64,000 bases of DNA. Origin: Alphaproteobacteria bacterium (lineage in GTDB: Bacteria > Pseudomonadota > Alphaproteobacteria > JBFXJJ01). A program made the position numbers and the translations under genes. Shown in pieces: positions 1-10,542 of this stretch. The DNA lies in NCBI GenBank assembly GCA_050175015.1, contig JBFXJJ010000002.1, positions 128,001 to 192,000 of the forward strand, read 5' to 3'. Positions within the stretch are counted from its first letter, which is position 1. Every line of letters begins with the position of its first letter. Under the pieces are notes generated by a model. That model saw only the letters and a list, made by a program, of their open reading frames with translations, was not told the origin of the DNA and made no database searches.

Positions 1-174
1 GAAGCTCCTGAATTTAATTTGCTTTTGTCTTTCTCTTATGATTTTGAAAAAAGAGACATTGTGGCAGCCAGAGTCACCCAATTCAAAGGCAACTATAATA
101 TGGCTTTAAGCTGGGTAGAAAGTATTCTTGCTCGAATGGAAGAAGCTTTTGAGAAAGTGGAAAACAACTCATAA
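1..174 (+). CDS. 3' end of a CDS entering the window (unknown product)
   Basis: Frame 1 is open from base 1 (EAPEFNLLLSF...EKVENNS) to TAA at 172-174. Confidence 0.6.
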   Translation, partial: EAPEFNLLLSFSYDFEKRDIVAARVTQFKGNYNMALSWVESILARMEEAFEKVENNS

Positions 175-212
175 TTTAAGCTTTTAAATTAATTAGGCGG
201 AGATTTTTAATT

Positions 213-1559
213 ATGAAAAAATTTTTAACGGTTTTAATATTTTTATCGCTGATACTAATAACTGCGGTTAATGCTGCGGAAAAAAAGAAAAAATATAAAG
301 ACCTTCCGCCAGGATTTAGAGTAAACGTTGGAGGCTTAACCAGATATGAGCCTTTCGTTTGGATTGAGGAAGAAAAAACTTTTGCTAGTATTAGACTTTT
401 TGCTGATGGTTTTTTTCCTGAGTTAGTTAGAGAGCTTTTTGATGAAGCCGGCATACATAGTGATATGGTCATATATAAAAGTTTCGGCAGTTTAGAAAAA
501 CTAGATAAAGCTGCCAAAGATGGACTTTTAGACTTTGTTATGGGTTTATATTTTACTGAAGATTTATATCTCAACTATGAAATCATTTATCCCCCAATAT
601 ATATCAACCCTATTACGGCCTTTTTTAAATTGGATAAAATAAACACTCTTACTAAATGGTCTGATTTAGACAATTTAAAAGGTGTTGCGAGAAGCGATGA
701 ATTTTTCAGTTCTACCTATAATGATAAAATCAGGAATGATTCCAACATCACTATGGTAAAAAATTCCTTCGATGCTTTTAATGAAATTCTAACAGGAAAA
801 GCCGACTACTTTATAACCAGCGCTTATGCTGGACAGGCAGAAGCTTTTAGAATGGGGATTATCGATCTTGTTTCTTTTGTTAGACGGCCTAAATGGAAAG
901 ATAATATTTTCATTGGCACCGTAAACAATTCTAAAACAGCAAGACGTTTCAAAAAAGACGTTATTGCCGCCCTTGAAAAATTCCGCAAAAAGAATACTGG
1001 CGACAAAATAATGATTAACGCCGTAGCTAAATGGCAAAGAAAATATCCCGATGCTAAATTCACAAAGTTTGTCGATTATAATCCAGAAATTATCGATGGC
1101 CCTTCTGATGAAGAACTGCTTGATAAATATATTCAAGAAAAATACCTAAGCAAAGACGGCTCTTATAATATTCTTACAGAAGAAGGAGCCAAACAAATAA
1201 AACAAGGCAAAACTATTGATGAAATCAATCGTAGTGCCGCCGAAAGATCTAGCAAAGCATCATCAACAGCAGAAGACGACGGTAATGCCGACAACTCATC
1301 TTTAGAAGATGATACGATTAAAAATGACAATAATGAAGACACTAATGAGGAGCAGGCTGGTTCAAAAAACACTGTCCGCTCTGGAGGCCTTAGTGGTCGC
1401 AGCACCAAAACTTCAACAAGCGGCGGTCTTAGCGGTCATAAAAAACAAACAACAGAGCCTTCAAATGACGAACAGAACACCGATGATGCAGAGGAAGAAG
1501 AAACCCCAGCAGAAACAGATGGGGCTGCCGAACCTGTCGCAAGTTATCCTTACAAATAA
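213..1559 (+). CDS. Periplasmic substrate-binding protein (family 3-like) with long acidic disordered C-tail
   Basis: N-terminal signal peptide; YEPF, 'WSDLDNLKG', 'FNEILTGKADYFI' resemble amino-acid SBP family 3; D/E/S/T-rich tail. Confidence 0.6.
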   Translation: MKKFLTVLIFLSLILITAVNAAEKKKKYKDLPPGFRVNVGGLTRYEPFVWIEEEKTFASIRLFADGFFPELVRELFDEAGIHSDMVIYKSFGSLEKLDKAAKDGLLDFVMGLYFTEDLYLNYEIIYPPIYINPITAFFKLDKINTLTKWSDLDNLKGVARSDEFFSSTYNDKIRNDSNITMVKNSFDAFNEILTGKADYFITSAYAGQAEAFRMGIIDLVSFVRRPKWKDNIFIGTVNNSKTARRFKKDVIAALEKFRKKNTGDKIMINAVAKWQRKYPDAKFTKFVDYNPEIIDGPSDEELLDKYIQEKYLSKDGSYNILTEEGAKQIKQGKTIDEINRSAAERSSKASSTAEDDGNADNSSLEDDTIKNDNNEDTNEEQAGSKNTVRSGGLSGRSTKTSTSGGLSGHKKQTTEPSNDEQNTDDAEEEETPAETDGAAEPVASYPYK

Positions 1560-1583
1560 TTATTAAACATTCGAAATTTTATC

Positions 1584-1622
1584 AAAAAGCACCTTATATC
1601 CACTTAATATAAGGTGCTTTTG
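1584..1622. terminator. Bidirectional intrinsic terminator
   Basis: aaaaagcaccttatat...atataaggtgctttt between convergent genes. Confidence 0.8.
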
Positions 1623-1692
1623 TTTTTTGCTTCAAAGCAATGTATTATAAATTAAGCAACAAAAAAACAGACTGTCTCAAAAGGTCAAAGAG

Positions 1693-2532
1693 TTACTTAT
1701 ATGCCATTGAGATTACTTCTGAAGCAGAGTATCCTTGGCTTCTAAGTTCTCTTATCGGAAGACTGTGTTTGCTCTTTGATAACTTGGAACCATCTTGATT
1801 CACAATTAATTTATGATGCCAATAATTAGGTGTTGGAAGTTCCAAAACAGCTTGGAGTAACCGATGAATATGAGTTGCCTGAAATAAATCATCACCCCTA
1901 ATTACTAAATTAACACCTTGAAGATAATCATCTATTGTAACCGCAAGGTGATAACTTGCCGCAATATCTTTGCGAACCAAAACAACATCGCCTAAATTTT
2001 CAGGTTTGGCGGCAATTTTGCCTTTTTCTAAATCAAACCAATAGAGTTCTTTTGACTGTTTTGAAATCATATCTAAGGCACGATCCGTATCAAATCTTAA
2101 ACAGTAAGGAATATTGCGCCTTTTTTTATCTTCAATTTCGTCAAGGCTAAGATTTTTGCAAATTTGAGGATAAACAGCATCGTCATTATTACCGATACCA
2201 CTGTCCCATAAAGCTATATCCTTACGAGTGCAAAAACACGGATAAAGCAATTTTTTTGCTTCTAAAACATCAATCGCTTTTTGATAATCATCTAAATGCT
2301 CTGACTGTATTCTAACAGGTTCTTCCCAAGAAATTCCCAGCCACGCTAAGTCTTCGTAAATAGCTTCAACAAATTCCTTACGGCATCTTGTAGAATCAAT
2401 ATCTTCAATTCTAAGGATAAAACGTCCACCCTCTTCTTTAGCTTTACTAAAAGCCGTTAAAGCCGAATAGATATGTCCTAAATGGAGATAACCCGTCGGG
2501 CTTGGTGCAAACCTAGTTACAATATTAGGCAA
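1693..2532 (-). CDS. gluQ: tRNA glutamyl-Q(34) synthetase
   Basis: RFAPSPTGYLHLGH, RIEDID, CFC, KLSKS; 279 aa, lacks the GluRS anticodon domain. Confidence 0.88.
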   Translation of the reverse strand: MPNIVTRFAPSPTGYLHLGHIYSALTAFSKAKEEGGRFILRIEDIDSTRCRKEFVEAIYEDLAWLGISWEEPVRIQSEHLDDYQKAIDVLEAKKLLYPCFCTRKDIALWDSGIGNNDDAVYPQICKNLSLDEIEDKKRRNIPYCLRFDTDRALDMISKQSKELYWFDLEKGKIAAKPENLGDVVLVRKDIAASYHLAVTIDDYLQGVNLVIRGDDLFQATHIHRLLQAVLELPTPNYWHHKLIVNQDGSKLSKSKHSLPIRELRSQGYSASEVISMAYK

Positions 2533-2551
2533 AAAAACCTCGTTTAAAGTT

Positions 2552-3172
2552 TTATAAAAGCCCGATTAAAGCAAAGCCACCGATTAAGAGTACTAGAAAA
2601 GCGGTTGCAACTAACCCCATATTCTTCTCGATAACACTTTTAATTGGGCTGCCAAACTTCCATAACAAACCAGCAACTGTAAAGAACCTAATTCCTCGAG
2701 AGACGACCGAAGCCATTAGGAAAACTCCTATATCAAGATTGACAACGCCGCTTGTTATTGTAACGACTTTATATGGAAACGGCGTAATGCCTGACGCCAT
2801 AACAATTAAAGCTCCCCATTCGTGATAAAGAGCTTTAAACCCTTCAAATTTATCCATATAGCCATAAAAATTAAGAAGTTTTATGCCTATTGAATCATAG
2901 AAAAACAATCCGATGCCATAACCGCATAATCCGCCAAGTACGCTGGCTAAGGTACACAAGCCTGCAAGACGCCAAGCTTTCTTTGGCTCGGCTAAAACCA
3001 TTGGCATAAGAAAAGGATCCGCAGGTATTGGAAAGACAAAACTACCAAAGAAAGCAACGCCCATCATAACAAAGACAGCCTTGCTTTTAGCGGATAATTC
3101 CATAGCTGTATGATAAAAGAAACTACTAATTCTTTTCCAAAACAAAAATGGTTTTAACAAAAAATTTTTCAT
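2552..3172 (-). CDS. YqaA/DedA-family membrane protein
   Basis: FPIPADP, SVLGG, TPFPYKV, SRGIRF motifs with hydrophobic segments. Confidence 0.85.
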   Translation of the reverse strand: MKNFLLKPFLFWKRISSFFYHTAMELSAKSKAVFVMMGVAFFGSFVFPIPADPFLMPMVLAEPKKAWRLAGLCTLASVLGGLCGYGIGLFFYDSIGIKLLNFYGYMDKFEGFKALYHEWGALIVMASGITPFPYKVVTITSGVVNLDIGVFLMASVVSRGIRFFTVAGLLWKFGSPIKSVIEKNMGLVATAFLVLLIGGFALIGLL

Positions 3173-3305
3173 TACGATTCCAATCAGGAAAAAACTTAAC
3201 TTTTTAGCGTTATTAACTCAATTCGACAAGATGCACCTTGTCGATAATAACTTTTTAAGCTCTAGGTATCATATTTTATTCAAAGCGTCAAAAATATTTA
3301 TGCAA

Positions 3306-4661
3306 TTAAATATCCCGCATTAGGTTAAGCACCATTTCCACACCTAAAGCAACAGCAAAAAGCTTTCTGTCTCCCATAGTCTCACCAACTAGCATTAATC
3401 CCACAGGAACCTCTCCTTGATTATGGCAAGGAAGCGAGATAGCACAGCGGTCTAGCGCATTCCAAACACAAGTATTTCTGAGCAGCAAACGGTTAATCCT
3501 GCGATACTCTACACTGTCAACAACGTCATCTACCCGAGGAGCCGCAATCGGAACCGTCGGCATAATCAAAGCATCAAATTCGAAGGTGTTTTTGTTAGCT
3601 TTTTTAATCAGATTATCTCTTTCTTCTAAAAGATCGATATAATCGTGAGCCGAAAAATGAACTCCTTGCTCAATTCTGACTAAAACTTTAGGATCGTAAC
3701 CTGCCGAATGTTTTGCCATCATATTACGATGAACGGCAAAAGCTTCTGCCGATACTATTCCGCCGCTTTTGTTAAACTCTGTAATTCTTGACAATTCTTC
3801 CATAGGAATTTCTGTAATCACAGCCCCGTTTTTGGACAGATAAGAGATGGTCTTTTCAAAAACAGCGGCAACTTCATCACTTAAATCATCAAGCATTATA
3901 TTCTGTGGTATTGCCAGCCTTAAACCTGCAATCGGAAAAGGCTTAATCGGCTCTTGTTTTTCAGGGCAAAGAATGCTGTCCATAATCATACAACAGCTTG
4001 TACTCGCAGCTATTACCCCAACAGAGTCTAACGTTTTTGAAAGGGGAAACATACCATCGCACGGAATTCTTTTTTTAGTTGGCTTAAAGCCCGTTAAGCC
4101 GCATAAAGCCGCTGGGATTCTTGCCGAACCTCCCGTATCCGAACAGATTGATGCAAAACACATTTGATCAGCTACTGCGACCGCAGCTCCTGATGAAGAA
4201 CCTCCTGGGATTCGACCTGATTTTCTATCATAAGGATTAAGCGGCGTCCCGTAATGGGGGTTAGTGCCAACGCCAGAGAAAGCAAACTCGCTCATATTAG
4301 TACGTCCAACAATAACGGCTCCAGCCTCTCTTAACCTGTTAACAACATAAGAGTTATCATCTGCTGGATTGCAGCCTGTTCTAACCATAGAACCAGCTAA
4401 TGTGTCTTCATCTTTAACATCGAACAAATCTTTGATTGATACAGGAATGCCATCAATCGGCGATAACGTCCTGCCGTGAGCTCTCATCCTGTCACTAACT
4501 TCCGCCGCCGCATTTGCCTGTCTGGAATAATCCCTTAAAAAAACTCTTGAGCCTTCACTAGAAATGTCCATAATTTTATCAAGACATTCCTTGGTTAAAT
4601 CAACGCTCTTAACTTCCTGATTTTTAAGTTTGGCAGATAGTTCAACAAGTGTTTTCATCAT
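3306..4661 (-). CDS. Amidase signature family protein
   Basis: KD motif, PGGSSSG, SDTGGSARIPA. Confidence 0.9.
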   Translation of the reverse strand: MMKTLVELSAKLKNQEVKSVDLTKECLDKIMDISSEGSRVFLRDYSRQANAAAEVSDRMRAHGRTLSPIDGIPVSIKDLFDVKDEDTLAGSMVRTGCNPADDNSYVVNRLREAGAVIVGRTNMSEFAFSGVGTNPHYGTPLNPYDRKSGRIPGGSSSGAAVAVADQMCFASICSDTGGSARIPAALCGLTGFKPTKKRIPCDGMFPLSKTLDSVGVIAASTSCCMIMDSILCPEKQEPIKPFPIAGLRLAIPQNIMLDDLSDEVAAVFEKTISYLSKNGAVITEIPMEELSRITEFNKSGGIVSAEAFAVHRNMMAKHSAGYDPKVLVRIEQGVHFSAHDYIDLLEERDNLIKKANKNTFEFDALIMPTVPIAAPRVDDVVDSVEYRRINRLLLRNTCVWNALDRCAISLPCHNQGEVPVGLMLVGETMGDRKLFAVALGVEMVLNLMRDI

Positions 4662-5551
4662 TAAATGCCCCTTATATCTAATTTCTGAATTTTAAACGCC
4701 GTTAGTGTATTTTGTAATAACATCGCTATCGTCATTGGGCCAACGCCTCCCGGCACAGGTGTTATCGCAGAAGCCCTAGTTGCGGCTTCATCAAAATCAA
4801 CATCACCGCAAAGACGGTATCCTGAAGGCTTGGAACTGTCTTCTATGCGATTGATTCCAACATCAATCACAACGGCACCAACCTTTATCCAATCCCCCTT
4901 AACAAAAGCGGGCTTTCCTATTGCCGCCACAACGATATCAGCTTCTAAACATTCTTCTTTTAAATTAGCAGTTTTAGAGTGAGCCATTGTAACCGTTGCA
5001 TCAGCATCAAGTAAAAGCTTGGCAACCGGCTTGCCAACGATATTAGACCGACCAATAACTAGAGCCTTTTTTCCTTTTAAATCAGGCATAACGGTTTTTA
5101 TGAGATGCAAACAGCCGTTAGGCGTGCACGGCGGCATTAAACATTTTCCCGTAAATAATTTGCCAACATTATAGGGGTGAAAACAATCAACATCTTTTTC
5201 TGGAGAAACGTTATTTATGACGTTTTCTTCATCGATATGCTTAGGCAGCGGAAGCTGCACTAAAATGCCGTTAACATTATCATCTTGATTTAACTTGGCT
5301 ATCAAAGTCAGCAACTCTTTTTCTGATACTTGCTCTTCAAGATTATAAATCAAAGAATCGAAGCCAACTTCTTTCGCAAATTTCTTTTTATTAGCAACAT
5401 AAACCGAGCTAGCCGCGTCAAGTCCCACTTGAATTACAGCAAGTGATGGTGCTTTTTGATTTTGTTGTTTGATATTTTTTGTTTGTTCTGCGATATCTTG
5501 GCGGATAGTTTCGGCTATTTTTTTGCCATCAATTTTTACTGCCAAACTCAT
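4661..5551 (-). CDS. folD: Methylenetetrahydrofolate dehydrogenase/cyclohydrolase
   Basis: GILVQLPLP, KDVD, PCTP, GRSNIVGKP, TPVPGGVGPMT. Confidence 0.97.
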   Translation of the reverse strand: MSLAVKIDGKKIAETIRQDIAEQTKNIKQQNQKAPSLAVIQVGLDAASSVYVANKKKFAKEVGFDSLIYNLEEQVSEKELLTLIAKLNQDDNVNGILVQLPLPKHIDEENVINNVSPEKDVDCFHPYNVGKLFTGKCLMPPCTPNGCLHLIKTVMPDLKGKKALVIGRSNIVGKPVAKLLLDADATVTMAHSKTANLKEECLEADIVVAAIGKPAFVKGDWIKVGAVVIDVGINRIEDSSKPSGYRLCGDVDFDEAATRASAITPVPGGVGPMTIAMLLQNTLTAFKIQKLDIRGI

Positions 5552-5858
5552 TAAATAAAACCTCTAATTTCTTTTCTAAAAAATCTAAATTTCCTAATAT
5601 TAATATTTTCTTATTTTTAGAAGTTTTGCCAGTAATTATTTCAAAATTTGACTTTGCAAGCCCTATTTTTGAGGATAACAATTCAATTAAAGCTTTGTTA
5701 GCTTTATTATCCTCAGGTGCTTGGGTTACACTTACCTTAAGACAGGTTTCGTTTTCAGGTGTTACAAAGACTCCGTTAAAGCTATTCTGTTTAGCCTTGG
5801 GCGCAAGCTTTATCCTTATTATTAAACCATTTTTAGCTTTTTCATAAAAGCTGTTCAT
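5529..5858 (-). CDS. DUF167/YggU family protein
   Basis: PKAK, APEDNKANKALI, GKTSKNK; between yggT and folD. Confidence 0.85.
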   Translation of the reverse strand: MNSFYEKAKNGLIIRIKLAPKAKQNSFNGVFVTPENETCLKVSVTQAPEDNKANKALIELLSSKIGLAKSNFEIITGKTSKNKKILILGNLDFLEKKLEVLFNEFGSKN

Positions 5859-6151
5859 AACAACGATACCGCTTGAGCAATCACATTTTGCAGAAAATAA
5901 ATTATGAGAATCAAAAACAGCGGGGACAAATCAATCCCGCTTATTGGCGGAACGATTCTTCGTATCTGGCGAAAGGCAGGCTCGGTTATACGGTATAGAA
6001 AATCTCTGATTAAATAAACGAAGCGCTGGTGAACATTTATAATATTAAATGCCACCAGCCAGCTTATAATAACTGAAAGAAAAATTGCCTTTAAATATAA
6101 GTCCAAAAGAATGAACAACACATTTACGAGCGGAATTATTATAACATTCAT
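5855..6151 (-). CDS. YggT family membrane protein
   Basis: SWL, TEP, IRR..P, GIDLSP. Confidence 0.9.
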   Translation of the reverse strand: MNVIIIPLVNVLFILLDLYLKAIFLSVIISWLVAFNIINVHQRFVYLIRDFLYRITEPAFRQIRRIVPPISGIDLSPLFLILIIYFLQNVIAQAVSLL

Positions 6152-6969
6152 TAACAGCGTGATCCATGTTGAGCCTGAAGCAATTTATCCCTAAGCAATA
6201 AATCTTTTGCCCTATCTGCCGTAAATGTTTTATGACGGTCAGGGTTTCTTGTCTGCTTCATTAGTTGTTTCAATCTTTCCTTAGCATTATCCTTAGCATT
6301 ATTCGAAAGCTTCATATTATCTAAAGACTGTCCAGCAACGGACGGCATAGTATAAAAACCTCTCGTCCTGCTCTTGCATGTTAAATAATCCTTAGCCAGC
6401 CTGTCGAGCATTGTCATCGGATTTTGCTCTTCCATATCCTTATCTGTACTCTGAGGCTTAGCAACAACTGTAGGCTGCATATTTTTAGCTTGAATTTCTT
6501 CTGCTTTGTCATTGCTAATATATTGTTTACCTTGAGTTACAACAATATTGCGGATATTTCTTAAATATTGTCTTTTAAGCATTAAATCAGCAAGCATCGC
6601 TTGGGATTTTTTGCTGTTTAATTTTTTCAAAACTGATATTTTGCCGTCAAGTTCAGATGAACGGCGGGACAAATTACCCACAAAATTATTGAAACCTAAA
6701 ACGTCAGTCGGGGTAACATCACCATCGCTTAATGTTGCCATAACAGACTTACTTTGCCTAACAACATTAGGTATTTCGGCACTGCCGCCACACATAGCGT
6801 CTCTTTTAACAATGCCCTCAAAGTAAAAGTCGCCCTTATCAGCTTGTAATTCGTCTGACTGGCTTTTAGCCTCAGCCTCATTTCCACTTTTTGCCAGGTC
6901 TTCTATTTTTTGTTTTCTAAGCTCAAAAGCTTCTCTTCTTTTTCTTGCAAGATCTTCATCAGCAGACAT
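6151..6969 (-). CDS. Hypothetical protein, 272 aa
   Basis: Long ORF with RBS (ggagag); stop overlaps the yggT start (TAATG). Confidence 0.7.
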   Translation of the reverse strand: MSADEDLARKRREAFELRKQKIEDLAKSGNEAEAKSQSDELQADKGDFYFEGIVKRDAMCGGSAEIPNVVRQSKSVMATLSDGDVTPTDVLGFNNFVGNLSRRSSELDGKISVLKKLNSKKSQAMLADLMLKRQYLRNIRNIVVTQGKQYISNDKAEEIQAKNMQPTVVAKPQSTDKDMEEQNPMTMLDRLAKDYLTCKSRTRGFYTMPSVAGQSLDNMKLSNNAKDNAKERLKQLMKQTRNPDRHKTFTADRAKDLLLRDKLLQAQHGSRC

Positions 6970-7050
6970 TTTAAACTCTCCTTCGATAACTGTTTTATCA
7001 AAACATAGATATTATAACATAATATGTTATGCTGAATTATGAAAAGTTTG

Positions 7051-7479
7051 TTAAAAAAAATCGCCAAAAATTTCTTGTCCTCTTAGACGCCAATCAATAC
7101 CATCAGCGACCCACTCACTAATTTCTTCAAGCTTCTCGAGAGGTATTTCAAGCGCTTCGCCAACATTGGCAATAGACAGAACCTCATTATCCGTCAAATC
7201 GCCATCAGCATTAGCAAGAGTAAACATATCTCTAACCAAAGCCAGTTTTAAGCCCTCAGAAAAATTTGCTTCCGTAACTAAAAACGCAATATCATCATCA
7301 GAACGTTTTTTTATGATTTCATCAAAATATTTTTCATCAATATCATTAATTGAACAAAGTGACTTAACGAATTCTTTTTCATCATCATCAAAATTGCCAT
7401 CAGCTCTTGCAATATGAGCAAGAACCTTCATAAATATTTTTTTGCCGTCGAGACTTAGTTCTTCAAGATAATTTTCCAT
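7051..7479 (-). CDS. TerB-like protein
   Basis: Two A-x-A-D-G-x4-E motifs (ARADGNFDDDE, ANADGDLTDNE). Confidence 0.8.
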   Translation of the reverse strand: MENYLEELSLDGKKIFMKVLAHIARADGNFDDDEKEFVKSLCSINDIDEKYFDEIIKKRSDDDIAFLVTEANFSEGLKLALVRDMFTLANADGDLTDNEVLSIANVGEALEIPLEKLEEISEWVADGIDWRLRGQEIFGDFF

Positions 7480-7629
7480 TACGGTTACGTCCTTAAAAAT
7501 CTATAAATATCAATTATAAAAAAAACATTTTGCATTACACCTGTTGCAAGTGCAATAAATATGTTCCTATATTATGTTTTTTTATATATAAGTTCTAATG
7601 TTAATAAAATAAATACCTTAAGCGATAAA

Positions 7630-8961
7630 ATGCAAAATAAATTTTATATAAAAACCTATGGCTGCCAGATGAATGTCTATGATTCATCTCGAATTGCAGA
7701 TATTCTCATAAAAGAAGGCTATGAGCATACTGACGACATTAATAACGCCGATTTAGTCCTGCTCAACACCTGCCACATAAGAGAGAAAGCTGCAGAAAAA
7801 GTTTTTTCTGATTTAGGACGGATAAAGTTAATTAAAGATGCCAAAAAAGAAGAAGGCAAAGACTTGAGTATAGCTGTATGCGGCTGTGTCGCTCAAGCAG
7901 TTGGCGATTATATAATAGAAAGAGCTCCATATGTTGATTTAACAGTTGGACCGCAAGCTTATCATAAAATTCCTGAAATGCTGGCTCAACACAACAAACA
8001 AAAGAAACATAAAAGCTTAATCAATATTGATTTTCCTGAAGAATCAAAATTTGATTTTCTACCTGAAATAAAAACCTCAAACTACAGTTCTTTTTTAGCC
8101 ATTCAAGAAGGATGCGACCGTTTTTGCTCTTATTGCGTCGTTCCTTACACTAGAGGGATTGAATATTCCAGACCAGTGCAAGAGGTTTTAAAAGAAGCAA
8201 AGAAATTAATCGACCTTGGCGCACTAGAGTTGAATTTATTAGGTCAGAATGTTAATGCTTGGCACGGTCTTAATGATGACGGCAAAGAATGGGATTTAGC
8301 CCGCCTGCTCTATGAACTGGCAGAAATCAATGGACTTGAGCGCATTAGATATACCACATCTTATCCCGCAGATATGACACCTAGCCTCATCAAAGCACAT
8401 GGAGATATAGCAAAACTAATGCCTTATCTTCATCTACCTGTACAATCTGGGTCTGATACTATTCTAAAGAAAATGAACCGCCGCCATAATTCTTCAGATT
8501 ATTTAAAAATAATTGATGCTTTAAAAGAAACTAATCCTAATATGGCTTTTTCTTCTGACTTTATTGTTGGTTTCCCTGGTGAAACTGATGATGATTTTCA
8601 AAAGACTTTAGATATTGTCGATAGAGTTGGTTTTGCTCAGGCTTTTTCTTTTAAATACAGCAAAAGACCTGGAACCCCTGCCGCCGAAATGCCTAATCAA
8701 GTTGAGGAAAAAGTTAAAGAAGAACGTTTAGCCGCTTTACAGGAAGTTATAAACAAAAATCAGTTATCATTTAATAAAAGTTTTATTAACCAAAAAATTG
8801 ATATATTAATTGATGGTGTCGGAAACAAAGAAGGACAGAAAACAGGAAAGAGCCCTTTTATGCAAACCGTTTGTGTCGATGCTGAAGAAGAATTTATCGG
8901 TAAAATTACTACCGTTACCGTAGTAAAAGCCGGAGCTAACAGTTTAACCGCAAAATTGTAA
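7630..8961 (+). CDS. miaB: tRNA 2-methylthio-i6A37 methylthiotransferase
   Basis: TYGCQMN, NTCHIRE, radical SAM CDRFCSYC, TRAM tail; start placed at ATG 7630. Confidence 0.96.
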   Translation: MQNKFYIKTYGCQMNVYDSSRIADILIKEGYEHTDDINNADLVLLNTCHIREKAAEKVFSDLGRIKLIKDAKKEEGKDLSIAVCGCVAQAVGDYIIERAPYVDLTVGPQAYHKIPEMLAQHNKQKKHKSLINIDFPEESKFDFLPEIKTSNYSSFLAIQEGCDRFCSYCVVPYTRGIEYSRPVQEVLKEAKKLIDLGALELNLLGQNVNAWHGLNDDGKEWDLARLLYELAEINGLERIRYTTSYPADMTPSLIKAHGDIAKLMPYLHLPVQSGSDTILKKMNRRHNSSDYLKIIDALKETNPNMAFSSDFIVGFPGETDDDFQKTLDIVDRVGFAQAFSFKYSKRPGTPAAEMPNQVEEKVKEERLAALQEVINKNQLSFNKSFINQKIDILIDGVGNKEGQKTGKSPFMQTVCVDAEEEFIGKITTVTVVKAGANSLTAKL

Positions 8962-8978
8962 TTTTATGAGGAATACCC

Positions 8979-9974
8979 GTGAACACTGAAAAAAATAACG
9001 ACGAAAAAATTGTTAAAGAATATAGTGAAAACATTGTTTTTCTACAACTTGTTGGACCTCAAAATTGTAACATCGATAAAATCGAGAGAGAACTAAATGT
9101 TACAATCCAAACGATTGGCAATAAAGTTGTTGTCATTGGTAAATCCGATGCTACTAAAGCGGTTGTTTCTATTTTAGACAGTCTATACGATAGAGCTAAA
9201 AAAGGTCTCCATATTGAAAATGCTGACATTGATGCTGCTATTAGAATGAACTTCGGCGGTAAAGTTGTTGCTTCCGCAACCGAACGCAAAACAGATGACT
9301 TAACCATTAAAACCCGCAAACGCCACATTTCTCCAAGAACTGCAACTCAAGCAGAATATATCAAAGCTATGCTTGATAACGAACTTGTTTTTGGTTTAGG
9401 TCCAGCAGGAACGGGCAAAACGTATCTTGCTGTTGCCCTTGCTGTATCTATGATGATTGAGGGCAAAGTTGACCGCATAATTTTATCCCGTCCAGCTGTT
9501 GAGGCTGGAGAGCATTTGGGCTTCCTGCCAGGCGATTTAAAAGAAAAAGTCGATCCTTATTTAAGACCTCTTTATGATGCTTTATATGATATGATGCCTT
9601 CTGACCAAGTTGATAAAAAACTAGAGTCAGGAGAAATAGAAATTGCACCTCTTGCTTTTATGCGCGGCAGAACCCTTGCAAACTCTGTAGTTATTCTTGA
9701 TGAAGCTCAAAACACTACTCCGATGCAAATGAAGATGTTTTTAACAAGACTCGGCGAAAACTCCAGAATGGTTATCAATGGCGACTTAAGCCAAACAGAC
9801 TTACCAGGAGGAACAATCTCTGGTATGTCTGACAGCCTTGAAATTTTAGAGAAAATTTCAGGAATAGCCGTTGTCAACTTTACGGAAAAAGATGTTGTCC
9901 GCCATGGTTTGGTTGCCAAAATTGTAAAAGCTTACGATGATAGGTTCAAAGCCAAGCAGAAAGCTAAATCTTAG
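8979..9974 (+). CDS. PhoH-like ATPase (YbeZ)
   Basis: GPAGTGKT, RPAVEAGE.LGFLPG, RGRTL, DEAQN. Confidence 0.95.
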   Translation: MNTEKNNDEKIVKEYSENIVFLQLVGPQNCNIDKIERELNVTIQTIGNKVVVIGKSDATKAVVSILDSLYDRAKKGLHIENADIDAAIRMNFGGKVVASATERKTDDLTIKTRKRHISPRTATQAEYIKAMLDNELVFGLGPAGTGKTYLAVALAVSMMIEGKVDRIILSRPAVEAGEHLGFLPGDLKEKVDPYLRPLYDALYDMMPSDQVDKKLESGEIEIAPLAFMRGRTLANSVVILDEAQNTTPMQMKMFLTRLGENSRMVINGDLSQTDLPGGTISGMSDSLEILEKISGIAVVNFTEKDVVRHGLVAKIVKAYDDRFKAKQKAKS

Positions 9975-9999
9975 CCGAAAGAACAAAGATTAAAATATA

Positions 10000-10524
10000 A
10001 TGTCTGATACTCATCATTTTTTTGAAATCGTAATTAATCACAATACTTACAGTGATAATCGTGACTTAAAAAACTTGTGTTCAAAAGTAGCTGAAAAGGC
10101 TTTAGTAATAGGTCTTAGTAAAAACAATGACTTATCTGGAATACCATATCCTGCTGAAGCTAATATTCTTTTAACTGATGATGAGTTTATTAAAGCCTTA
10201 AATTTTAAATATCGGGGAATGAACTCGGCAACAAACGTGCTTTCTTTTGCCGCAATCGATGGAAAAGATTCTAAAAGTATCTCAGAAGAAGCAGAAATCT
10301 TTTCAACTTTGATTTTAGGTGATATCATAATATCTCTTGATACCATTGAAAAAGAAGCTCAAGAATTTTTAATAACATTTGAGGATCGATTGGCTCACAT
10401 TATTATCCATGGCGTTTTACACTTAGTCGGCTTTGATCATCAAAATGATGATGAAGCTAACGTTATGGAAAAATTAGAAGCCAGTATTTTAGCCGAGATG
10501 GGCTTTGCGAATCCTTACAACTAA
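10000..10524 (+). CDS. ybeY: rRNA maturation endoribonuclease
   Basis: TNVLSF, LGDI, HGVLHLVGFDH. Confidence 0.95.
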   Translation: MSDTHHFFEIVINHNTYSDNRDLKNLCSKVAEKALVIGLSKNNDLSGIPYPAEANILLTDDEFIKALNFKYRGMNSATNVLSFAAIDGKDSKSISEEAEIFSTLILGDIIISLDTIEKEAQEFLITFEDRLAHIIIHGVLHLVGFDHQNDDEANVMEKLEASILAEMGFANPYN

Positions 10525-10542
10525 TTTTGATTATTTAACAAT

